Shown piece after piece: positions 51,272 through 61,120 of a DNA stretch of 64,000 nucleotides (position 1 is the first letter of the stretch; every line of letters begins with the position of its first letter). This DNA is from Antedon mediterranea (taxonomy: Eukaryota > Animalia > Echinodermata): the NCBI RefSeq assembly GCF_964355755.1, contig NC_092677.1, positions 17,382,101-17,446,100 of the forward strand, given 5' to 3'. A program made the position numbers and the translations under genes. A model generated the notes under the pieces. The model worked only from the letters and a program-made list of their open reading frames with translations. It was not told where the DNA came from and searched no databases.

Positions 51272-52850
51272 ATTCTTATTGCACATTACAAACTGTGCGC
51301 CCTCATTCTATTTAAGCTTGGTTCCCACTTGAACCCAATGCAAGGATGTAAACCCACTGCAATTATTTTGACCAATCAAGCAATAGATCAGATCATCTGT
51401 CACTTGTGATTGGTTAATTCACTTGTGTTGACAAATGACAACCAAGTTTTAAACATGACAGCTCAAATTCAAAGTGTGGAAATGATTAGTAGTCTAGTTT
51501 CTACATATCTTAATTTTGGCACACATGGCATGTCATAAAAATGCTTGCTGGTGGTGCCACATAAAACTGCAGAGACATGTTGCAAGTCTATGAAATTATT
51601 AATGTAGCCAGGCTGCCTATTAAAATAAAATGTATCATACAAAACAAAGTGACTTTTACAGTTTTGTTTTATTTGTTATATTTTGCATAATATAAAGTTT
51701 AAATTATTCAAATAATGTCATTAGTTTCTAAAATTACTTTTAATAATTATGTGAACTAAAATTAAATTGTAGATATTGCAGATTCAGCTATTTCAGAACC
51801 TAAATCAAGTACTGTATTTTTTGTTGTATCCGGTGATACTACTGGTTGTTCCTCCAGATAGGACCATTAATTGTCCTGTTATTACATAACTATTATTAGC
51901 CTAGCTGTTATTCTGCCGGATAGGACCATGTAATGTATTGTAACATTATAGCCTAGCTGTCATTCCTCCAGCTACGATCATTGTTTCTCCCGTAATGTAT
52001 GTACTATCATCAGAACAAAGAAATGCTACAGCTCCAGCACATTCATCAGGCAAACCAATTCTAATAAAAAAGAACAATTTTGATAATTATCAGTTGTTTA
52101 GATGGTAAAAACAGTAGCTCCTGTTAAAGCTCTATTGTAAAGTGTCTGCTCCCAGTGCCGCAGCCATGAGAAATAAAGTGGTGTGGTGGTCGTAAGAAAA
52201 GGGAACAATTGCTGTGTGGGTCGCAGGGTTGTCAAGTGCCTTGAAACCTTGCCAACTGAACTTTAGACAATCAACATGAAACATACAGTAAAAATGAAGT
52301 ACTGTCAATATTCATCAAACTCGGGCAGCTAATTTTAGTATTAATGTACAACTTGCCTTGCTATCGGTAACATCTTGGTAGACTGTTTTAAAGCTTTCTC
52401 ATTACTCCATAGCTACAAAATATTTAGTTTACAAAGAAGAAATATCAACACTACTCATACATTTCAAACTTCCGTCCTCAACCCCCAAAATTTGCCAGAA
52501 ATTTCCCAACCAACAGGTCGAATTGTCTTCTCGGAGTGATTCATTATACTGTACTTCATAACATATTATTAATCAGTATGCAAAGTTTGAACAAGACAGT
52601 AACCTAGAGCATGTGAACTGTGATGTGACCTTTAAGGTGTGCAGAACACTGCTTGCTGCCGTGGGTTCGTAGAGTGCATATTAAATCTCAATTTCCTTAG
52701 TTTCCAGTTAAGCTTAAGAGGACCAGTATAGCTAGCTAGGGCTCCTTCTAAATTTTCTATAATGGATTTTTAAAATAGCTTACTGCTTCGCTAAACTTGG
52801 TTTTGATAAGTCCAGGTGCAAGACCGTTGACTCGTATTCCAAGACGAGCA

Positions 52851-53048
52851 TGTAATGATAGCATATAGTTAAGGCTATGGTATTGTAAGTATAGAGTGAG
52901 CCCTCTATAGTTAGTGTACAGTTGAGTGAGCAATGCCTCATGGCATCACTTGATGTAGGAGAACCAAGATGGTTGAGATGTAATAAATGAAACACTAATC
53001 AAGTCACGACTACTACCTATCTTTATTAAATAAACAAGTAACATTACA
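52851..53048 (+). repeat. 5' LTR
   Basis: TG...CA, 7-bp terminal inverted repeat, AATAAA; identical by eye to 57197-57394. Confidence 0.97.
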
Positions 53049-56000
53049 TGGTGTCAGAAGTGGGATTAAAACCTCCAGAATCTTTGAAAGTAAGTGTCAG
53101 TAATAATATGGCAGAAGAATGGAGAAAATGGAGTCAACGTTTTGGGTTGTACATTACAGCTAGTGGCCTAGATAGAAAGCCAGCAAAGGTAAAGTGTAGT
53201 ACACTATTGCATGTAATAGGCGAGGAGGCACTAGACATATTCAACACATTTGTATTTACAGCTGACGAAGATGCTGAAGATGTAGAGGTAATTCTTCAGA
53301 AATTTAAAGCACATTTTGAGCCCCAAAGGAACATAACGTATGAAAGGCATAAGTTTAATACAAGAATACAAAAGGAAGGTGAAGGGTTTGATCAATTCAT
53401 AACTGATTTAAGAAGTAAAGCAAGAACGTGTGAATTTGATAATTTACATGATAGCTTAATAAAGGACAGAATAGTAGTAGGAATTCGAAGTGATACTGTA
53501 AGAGAGAGGTTACTTCGTGAAAATGATTTAACGCTACAGAAAGCAGTAGAAATATGCCAAGCTGCAGAGATTAGCCGCAAACAAAGATGTGTAATGAAAG
53601 ATGCATCAAAAACGGGCAACAGTGAAGTGATAGAAGAGAGTGAAATAAATAAGCTTAAAACAGAATATAAGTACAAAAAAGCTAGTAGTAGTGCTGCTAG
53701 TAGTTCATACAATAAAACTGGTGTTATAAGGGATTGTAGGCAATGTGGTAAAACTCATGAGTATAAGAATTGTCCAGCATATGGCAAACAATGTAAAGCA
53801 TGTGGAAGAAATAATCATTTTGCTATAAAATGTAGGAGTAAAGATAAAAGAAAGCCATATAGGCCTAAGAAAAAAAAAATAGAAGTACTAGAAGAAATAG
53901 ATAGTGATAGTACAAATAGTGATGAAGAGTTCCTAATGGATACATTAGAGAATAAAGATAACACCAAAGAATGGTCTGTAAATTTAAAGATCTATAACCG
54001 TGATAGCAAACATAAGGTAGTAAAGTTGAAAATTGATACTGGAGCTCAGTGTAATGTGATAACAGAAAGTATAGTACAAGAATTAAAGATTCCAGTAAAT
54101 AAAACAAATGCAAGGCTTATAACATATTCTGGTGAAAAGATAAGACCAGTTGGTAAAGTAACACTACTCTGTGAAAACAAACATAAATACTATGAATTAG
54201 AGTTCCAAGTCATGAATAAAGCAGTTCATCCTGTATTGGGACTGCAGGCTTGTGAAAGACTAAACTTGGTGAAGAGAGTAGAAAGAATAGAAACTAATAG
54301 TGACTACAATGATTTGAAATCTAAATACGATGTATTTAAAGGTTTAGGTTGTATTGGGGGTGTACAAAAGTTGCATGTAAAAGAAGATGCAAAACCGGTA
54401 ATTCATCCGCCAAGATCAGTACCTATTCCAATAAGAAAGAAAGTATTAAAGGAGTTGAATAATATGGAAAGTAAAGGGGTAATAGTGAAACAAAATGACC
54501 CTACCCAATGGGTGAGCAGTATGGTAGTAGTTAAAAAAAAAAATAAAGATAGTGTACGTATATGTATAGATCCAAAAAATTTGAACGACGCTCTTGAAAG
54601 ACAGCATTACCCAATGAAAACGATAGAAGAAGTAATAACTAAGCTACCTAATGCAAAAGTGTTCAGCACTTTAGATGCCAGTAGTGGGTATTGGCAAATA
54701 CAGTTAGATGAGGATAGTTCAAGGTTGTGTACGTTTAATAGTCCTAATGGAAGGTATAGATACACTAGATTACCTTTTGGTATTAAGTCAGCCCCTGAGA
54801 TTTTTCAAAGAGTAATGACCCAAATGTTTGAAGATTTGGAAGGTACAGAAGTCATAATGGATGATATTTTAGTATGGGGTATAGATAAGAAACAACATGA
54901 CGAACGACTTGAGAAAGTTCTCAATCGAGCAAAAGAAAGAAATTTAAAATTAAACCCAGAAAAATGTAAATTTGGATTAGATGAAGTAAAATACATTGGT
55001 CACACATTAACATCTGAAGGTTTAAAAACAGATGAGAGAAAAGTTAAAGCAGTACAAGAAATGCACAAACCTAATAATAAGAAAGAGTTACAACAGTTTC
55101 TTGGAATGATAAATTATCTTGGTAAATTTATACCAAATTTAAGTAATGTAACCAAACCATTAAGACAACTGTTAGAGAAAAATACTATGTGGCAATGGCA
55201 AGCAGAACATGATATTAGTTTTGGACAGTTGCAGCGCTTAGTAACAGAGGCGCCAGTTTTACAATATTATGATGTAGAGAAACCGGTGACAGTAAGTGTT
55301 GACGCATCAAGCACAGGTATAGGCGCAGTATTATTGCAAGATGGACATCCGATAGCGTTTGCATCAAAAGCGTTTACAGAGCCTCAAACAAGATATGCAC
55401 AGATAGAGAAAGAATTAGCAGCTGTAGTTTTTGGATGTGAGCGTTTCCATCAATATTTGTATGGCAAAGAATTTATCGTAGAAAGCGACCATAAACCCTT
55501 AGAATCGATAATGAAAAAAGCACTAGCACTAACACCACCAAGACTACAGAAAATGTTATTAAAGCTACAGAAATACAAGCTGGAACTAGTTTATAAGAGA
55601 GGCAAAGAGTTGTATATAGCAGATGCATTGAGTAGAAATCATCTACCAGATATAGAAACAGAACAGTTTAGCATTCCGCTTTACATGATTAACAACCTAC
55701 AAATGACAAAAGAAAGACTAGTAGAAATAAAGAATGAAACAGTAAAGGATACAGCTTTAAGTAAATTAAAGGACGTAGTAATAAATGGATGGCCAGAGAA
55801 CAAAGCTATCCTAGAACCAGATGTTAAACCATATTGGGATTATAGAGATGAAATCTTAGTAGAAGGAGATATGCTATTCAAAAATAACAGATTAATCATA
55901 CCAGCGACACAACGTAAACTGATGTTGAGTAAATTGCATGCTAGTCACCAAGGTATTGAAAAAACAAAGAAACTTGCACGAGATTTAATCTTCTGGCCAG

Positions 56001-56923
56001 GAATAAATGCCCAAGTGACAGACACAGTAGGAAAATGTGAAATATGCCTAAAACACCGAATGAAAAACCAAAAAGAACCAATGGTAGCCCATCAAATACC
56101 ATCAAGACCATGGCAGAAAGTGGGCATGGACCTATTCACACTAGAAGCTGAGGAATACCTAATAATCGTAGACTATTATTCAGGATATTTCGAAATAAAC
56201 ATGTTAAAAAGCACGAAATCTAGCTCAGTTATAAAATTTTGCAAGCAACAATTTGCTAGACATGGGATACCAGAAGAAGTAATTTCTGATAATGGACCAC
56301 AATTTGCGTCAATGGAATTTCAAAATTTTGGCAAAGTGTATGATTTTAAACATACAACAGCATCCCCATTTTATCCGCAAGCAAATGGAAGAGCCGAAAA
56401 AGCAGTTCAAACCGCGAAAATGATACTCAAAAAAGCGAGAGAAGATAAACAAGATCCATATTTAGCGCTATTAAGTTACCGCAATACACCTAGAGATGGA
56501 TTACCATCACCAGTACAAATGCTAATGGGCCGTAGAACAAAAACACATTTACCAACGTCTACGAAACTGCTGAAACCAAAAGTAACAAACAACATGAGAC
56601 AATTAAAACAAAACAAAGCAAAACAAAAGAACTATTACGACAAAGGAACAAAACCGCTAAAGACACTTAAAGTTGGAGATAGAATTTATGTGCGAAAAGA
56701 TTGTCAGTGGAAACCAGCAACAATCGTTGAGAGACAAGAAAGTCCACGATCATACACAGTTGAAAGCGATGGAAAATATTATAGACGCAATCGCAGAGAT
56801 ATCATTAAAGTAACAAGTTCGCAGGATTCACAGACATCACATATAATAGAACCAAACACCACACAAGAAACACGTCGCTACCCTAAACGCAACAGAAAAC
56901 AATTGATAAAACTAGATTTGTGA
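53048..56923 (+). CDS. Gag-Pol polyprotein, 1291 aa
   Basis: Two zinc knuckles (CRQCGKTHEYKNC, CKACGRNNHFAIKC), protease IDTGA, RT LPFG / IMDD, RNase H DAS...EKE, integrase HHCC + DDE (SDNGPQF); order PR-RT-RH-IN. Confidence 0.97.
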   Translation: MVSEVGLKPPESLKVSVSNNMAEEWRKWSQRFGLYITASGLDRKPAKVKCSTLLHVIGEEALDIFNTFVFTADEDAEDVEVILQKFKAHFEPQRNITYERHKFNTRIQKEGEGFDQFITDLRSKARTCEFDNLHDSLIKDRIVVGIRSDTVRERLLRENDLTLQKAVEICQAAEISRKQRCVMKDASKTGNSEVIEESEINKLKTEYKYKKASSSAASSSYNKTGVIRDCRQCGKTHEYKNCPAYGKQCKACGRNNHFAIKCRSKDKRKPYRPKKKKIEVLEEIDSDSTNSDEEFLMDTLENKDNTKEWSVNLKIYNRDSKHKVVKLKIDTGAQCNVITESIVQELKIPVNKTNARLITYSGEKIRPVGKVTLLCENKHKYYELEFQVMNKAVHPVLGLQACERLNLVKRVERIETNSDYNDLKSKYDVFKGLGCIGGVQKLHVKEDAKPVIHPPRSVPIPIRKKVLKELNNMESKGVIVKQNDPTQWVSSMVVVKKKNKDSVRICIDPKNLNDALERQHYPMKTIEEVITKLPNAKVFSTLDASSGYWQIQLDEDSSRLCTFNSPNGRYRYTRLPFGIKSAPEIFQRVMTQMFEDLEGTEVIMDDILVWGIDKKQHDERLEKVLNRAKERNLKLNPEKCKFGLDEVKYIGHTLTSEGLKTDERKVKAVQEMHKPNNKKELQQFLGMINYLGKFIPNLSNVTKPLRQLLEKNTMWQWQAEHDISFGQLQRLVTEAPVLQYYDVEKPVTVSVDASSTGIGAVLLQDGHPIAFASKAFTEPQTRYAQIEKELAAVVFGCERFHQYLYGKEFIVESDHKPLESIMKKALALTPPRLQKMLLKLQKYKLELVYKRGKELYIADALSRNHLPDIETEQFSIPLYMINNLQMTKERLVEIKNETVKDTALSKLKDVVINGWPENKAILEPDVKPYWDYRDEILVEGDMLFKNNRLIIPATQRKLMLSKLHASHQGIEKTKKLARDLIFWPGINAQVTDTVGKCEICLKHRMKNQKEPMVAHQIPSRPWQKVGMDLFTLEAEEYLIIVDYYSGYFEINMLKSTKSSSVIKFCKQQFARHGIPEEVISDNGPQFASMEFQNFGKVYDFKHTTASPFYPQANGRAEKAVQTAKMILKKAREDKQDPYLALLSYRNTPRDGLPSPVQMLMGRRTKTHLPTSTKLLKPKVTNNMRQLKQNKAKQKNYYDKGTKPLKTLKVGDRIYVRKDCQWKPATIVERQESPRSYTVESDGKYYRRNRRDIIKVTSSQDSQTSHIIEPNTTQETRRYPKRNRKQLIKLDL
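53049..53066 (+). other. Primer binding site (tRNA-Leu type)
   Basis: TGGTGTCAGAAGTGGGAT directly after the 5' LTR; complementary to the 3' end of metazoan tRNA-Leu (ATCCCACTTCTGACACCA), recalled from memory. Confidence 0.85.
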
Positions 56924-57196
56924 ACTAAGGGCAGAATAACCCCTAAATTGTGTGCCAGAATAGTCTACCTCTGAGCACAACATAAACAGCATTATATGTA
57001 ATGTACTGTATGTATGTTAGGAAAGAGCTTTTGCCTGTTGAGGTTTTGTAAATAAAGATTGTTAGGATATATGTAAGAGAAGAAAGATGTAATAGTTTTT
57101 GTTTTGTGAACAAAGGAAAAGATATTGTTAGAGTGTTGTTAGTTAGTAGATTTAGATGAACAGTAATTAACTTTATAATTTAAAAAAAAAGGGAGA

Positions 57197-57394
57197 TGTA
57201 ATGATAGCATATAGTTAAGGCTATGGTATTGTAAGTATAGAGTGAGCCCTCTATAGTTAGTGTACAGTTGAGTGAGCAATGCCTCATGGCATCACTTGAT
57301 GTAGGAGAACCAAGATGGTTGAGATGTAATAAATGAAACACTAATCAAGTCACGACTACTACCTATCTTTATTAAATAAACAAGTAACATTACA
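57197..57394 (+). repeat. 3' LTR
   Basis: Preceded by polypurine tract AAAAAAAAAGGGAGA; followed by TSD GAGCA. Confidence 0.97.
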
Positions 57395-60300
57395 GAGCAC
57401 ACTGCGGGGCTAAAGCTTTGGTTAAACCAAAGAGAGCGGTCTTGCTCACTGAATAAGCACCTATTAACTGATGAAAATAAAAGATAAGAATTCTTAACCA
57501 AACTGTATTCAAAGTTTGCAAATGAGTAAGGCTTTAGTTGAGCCACAAACAAATTTAAATGAAGAAATCTGGATAGCACTATGGTAATAGTTAGCTGTCG
57601 GTTTTCCATTAAGTGAATTTATTCACAAGAATCATCAGTGTTGATTAATGCATTACGTATTCATATTTCCATCTAATTGTTGTAAACTGGTGTTAGATGC
57701 CTGTGTGTAAATATAGCCTCAGTGGAATTATATTGATCATAAAGAATGAAATGGTAATATTATATTAAAGAAAGGTATAGTATATCAATGACACTACAGT
57801 GTTTACTGTATATACCTCCGAAGGAACATATCCACCAACAGATGAAACTATCACTATAGAACCACTACTATGAACAAATATAAAAATATGTATTTAGAAA
57901 CAATTACGTTTTATGACACATACTAATTTATTACCTGGCCGCTTAAAAAAGGAAATTGTTTGGAGTGGATTTGTATAGTAGTAAATTGCCTCTATCTACT
58001 GTTTTTGATTTTCCCATACCAGGCATGTTTTTTGTTCTTACCCTCTCTTCTTCATGTGAGTTACAGCATCCTTAATCAAAAGAAATGTTGCTTTTACATT
58101 CACATCAAATATCTAAAAAATAATGATAAAATAATCATACATATAATCAAATTTGTGTGATCTGAATGAACTTCTATAGTTTTTTTTTTAAAAACTGTCT
58201 GCCCTAAGCGAGGTATTTCTCTTGCTAATTATTTCACTTAAGTCAATATAGATTTAAGGATTAATATAGGAGAATTGCTAAAGTATTTCCTTAGAAGGGT
58301 GAATATGACCACTGGAGTTTCTAAGATTTTGTAATAATCTGTCAGCCAGGGCATTCTCCTAGGCTTCATTTCATGACTTTCTAATGTGTGAATCATTTAA
58401 AAAGCCTACCTTATCCCACGCTTCCTCAGGAGTCTGTAAAAAAAAAAGAATTTAAATCATGAATTTAATTATTATAATGTATATCATACAAGGCTGCAGC
58501 GAGAGGTTAAAAACAGAGCAGGCAAAGATGCTATAAATATATTAATGACGATCTGTGCTGGAGAATTTCAGACGTGGCAAGTGTCTCGTCTGCCTCATGC
58601 TGGCTACGGCCCTTTTATATTTAAGAAAGACTAATTCAGAATGTTATTATTCAAAGCTATCCCAAAAACCAGATTTGCTTTTGGTTCAAATAGTCCTAAT
58701 AGTCCTAGATTGATTACAACTTGACTTGACCAGAGTGTTTCATTTACAATTGAAACTTACATCAAGTATTGGACCATACACAGGATTAACAGCAGCATTA
58801 GATACAAATATATCAATTCCACCTTGTTGTTCTACTGTCTGCAAAAGAAAACAACTTGTCACTGAATTACTTAAAGGAAAAAAATAGTGCAAATACTGAA
58901 ATGGTATTAAATTATAGGGGCAGACATTGTTTAGTCTTAGTCTAGCCTGAATTAGTAAGATTGTTGTTTTCACTTAGTTTAGTAGATAGAATCTAGTCCG
59001 ACTCTTTGAAACTCAGAGGCTGTCCATCTGAGGATCACATGACTAGTAACTGTAGAAGGCTGTCCATTAGGAGCGCATAACTACTGCAGCCTGGCTGTCC
59101 ACCTTAAGATCACATAGCTAGTGTAGACTAGTCTTCAGAGTCAAGTCCTCCTGATCTAACTCTCTTTTGACAATGACAATATGAGATAATGTAGATAATT
59201 AATATTCTAAGCATACTGAATTTATAAGGCGTTTTCGATGCTCTTCTTTTGCAACATGGCACACCATTCCAGAAACTTTAATGCCCTCTGATTTCAATTG
59301 ATTTACTGCTTTGTTTACATTGTTTTCTTTCCTACTGCTCACAACAACATGTGCTCCTTCTTGACCAAGGCGTCTTGCTATTGAAAACCCAATTCTTTTT
59401 TTCATTTTGAAAGAAAATGAGGATTTATATTATAATTATTATATTATACTAAAATGCATTGCTGGAGTTCTGATATGGGTTGTGTTTGCCAAAATCAATG
59501 ATTGCCTTTTTCTTGTGTAGTTTTTTTTTTGCATTTGTGTTGTGATAATATTTGATTTGATTGTGAAGTAGTTGAGAGTATTGCAAACAGTTTAGATACA
59601 ACAGGCTAATATAAATAGTAAAAAATATCCTGAAACTTAACAATTCGATGTGACCACTGGGAAGCGAAGTGCTTTTTAAAACCTTATGATAATTAACTGC
59701 TTGTAAATAGCCTGACTGAAAAACAGCCAACTCATGTTTCCAATTTGCATGATGTCATCACATGGGGTGTAGGAGAGGTAGCACAAACTTCTTGCTGGAA
59801 AAGCCTAGTAATAATATCTACTGTATTATTAATATTAACAACATTATAAGCATACCCATCTGTTGAAGCCGTTACAATGGCCACTTTCCCTTCTAGTCTT
59901 CTAGCCTTTGGAGCTGCAGCCATGCTTGATGCAAAATTATACCAGCACTTTTAGGCGTTACTGCAGTCAGTGCAAAGATAAGGCATATTGTAAACAGCAA
60001 ATATAAACAGTGTATAGACAGTAAACTATGTTAGCCATTATATAGGTTGATTGATAAGGCATAGAGATGATTGAGGGCACTGTTTGGTTTAAAATTTAGG
60101 GGCCTGCATAATCTATACTTAGGCCTACAGAATATTGATATAATTTGCATACTGTAACACACACATGCATATGAAATGAATTGATGCCAAGTAAGGCAGC
60201 AACAACACTTGATTTAGGTCTGTCTGACATAATATATGTCGGCCAACATATACATGGCAAATAATTTGAGCATGCTAATCAAAAGATTGAATTTTATTTA

Positions 60301-60769
60301 GAATATTTGTGTCAAACAAAAAAATATAAACAAAGCGGTTCATATGTTTATTTTATTTAGTATTTCTTTATAAATTATATAAACTTTTTAAAAATGAATG
60401 GTAATGAAGCACTATAAATAGCAATCAGTTATAGTTTTAAGATGGTATATGAAGAGGACGTTAATTTATGGGTATTTATTTTCATTTTCCATACAAAATC
60501 TCATATAGTAGGCGTTGTCCTCAAATATCCAAACCAATGGTCATAGTTATTACTCTTGAGCACTGTATACTGTAAAATAACCTTAAATTAGTTTAACAAT
60601 TTCACATTTAGGTTTCTCTATATTTCCCTGAGATTTATGCCAGTAATGAAAATCTCTTTAGTATTAATCTCACATATTCAGTGAATGTATTTCTTGCATT
60701 TTAAAAATCTAATTGTCATTCTTTCAGCTTGGACCACTGATGGTCCTATATTATATACATTACTACAAC

Positions 60770-61120
60770 TATGCCATTCTGCCAGCTAGGACCATATTGT
60801 AACATTATAGCCTATCTGTCACTCTGCCAGCTAGGACTGCCTGGCTGTCATTCTGCCAGCTAGGACTGCCTAGCTGTCATTCTGCCAGCTAGGACCATAT
60901 TGTAACATTATAGCCTATCTGTCATTCCTCCAGCTAGGACTGCCTGGCTGTCATTCTGCCAGCTAGGACCATATTGTAACATTATAGCCTAGCTGTAATT
61001 CTGCCAGCTAGGACTGCCTAGCTGGCATTCTGCCAGCTAGGACTGCCTCGCTATCATTCTGCCAGCTAGGACTGCCTCGCTGTCATTCTGCCAGCTAGGA
61101 CCATGTAATATATTGTAACA
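60770..61120. repeat. Minisatellite derived from the DHRS4 C-terminal coding sequence
   Basis: About ten 29-45 bp units gcctagctgtcattctgccagctaggac mirror the terminal codons at 61121-61155. Confidence 0.85.

Larger units (their letters stand above)
52851..57394 (+). mobile_element. Full-length Ty3/Gypsy LTR retrotransposon (Mag-like)
   Basis: Identical 198-bp LTRs (TGTAATG...CATTACA), TSD GAGCA (52846-52850, 57395-57399), PBS 53049-53066, PPT 57182-57196, single gag-pol ORF. Confidence 0.98.
51946..59923 (-). pseudogene. DHRS4: DHRS4 paralogue A, exon 7 interrupted by a Gypsy insertion (disrupted allele)
   Basis: Exons 59923-59856 (KVAIVTASTDG), 59394-59217, 58838-58761 (VSNAAVNP), 58433-58410, 58112-58042, 57867-57816, 57467-57395 + 52845-52784 (YSVSK...GIRVNGLAPGLIKTKF), 52412-52357, 52060-51946 (ends ARL*, PTS1). 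The frame is otherwise intact. Confidence 0.92.

Noticed and set aside
53392-54996. Antisense ORFs in the Gypsy element (and 28360-28584 in the LINE)
   Set aside because: Shadow frames of long coding sequences.
56924-57196. env or chromodomain in the Gypsy element
   Set aside because: Only ~270 bp of non-coding sequence before the PPT, and no chromodomain motif at the integrase end.
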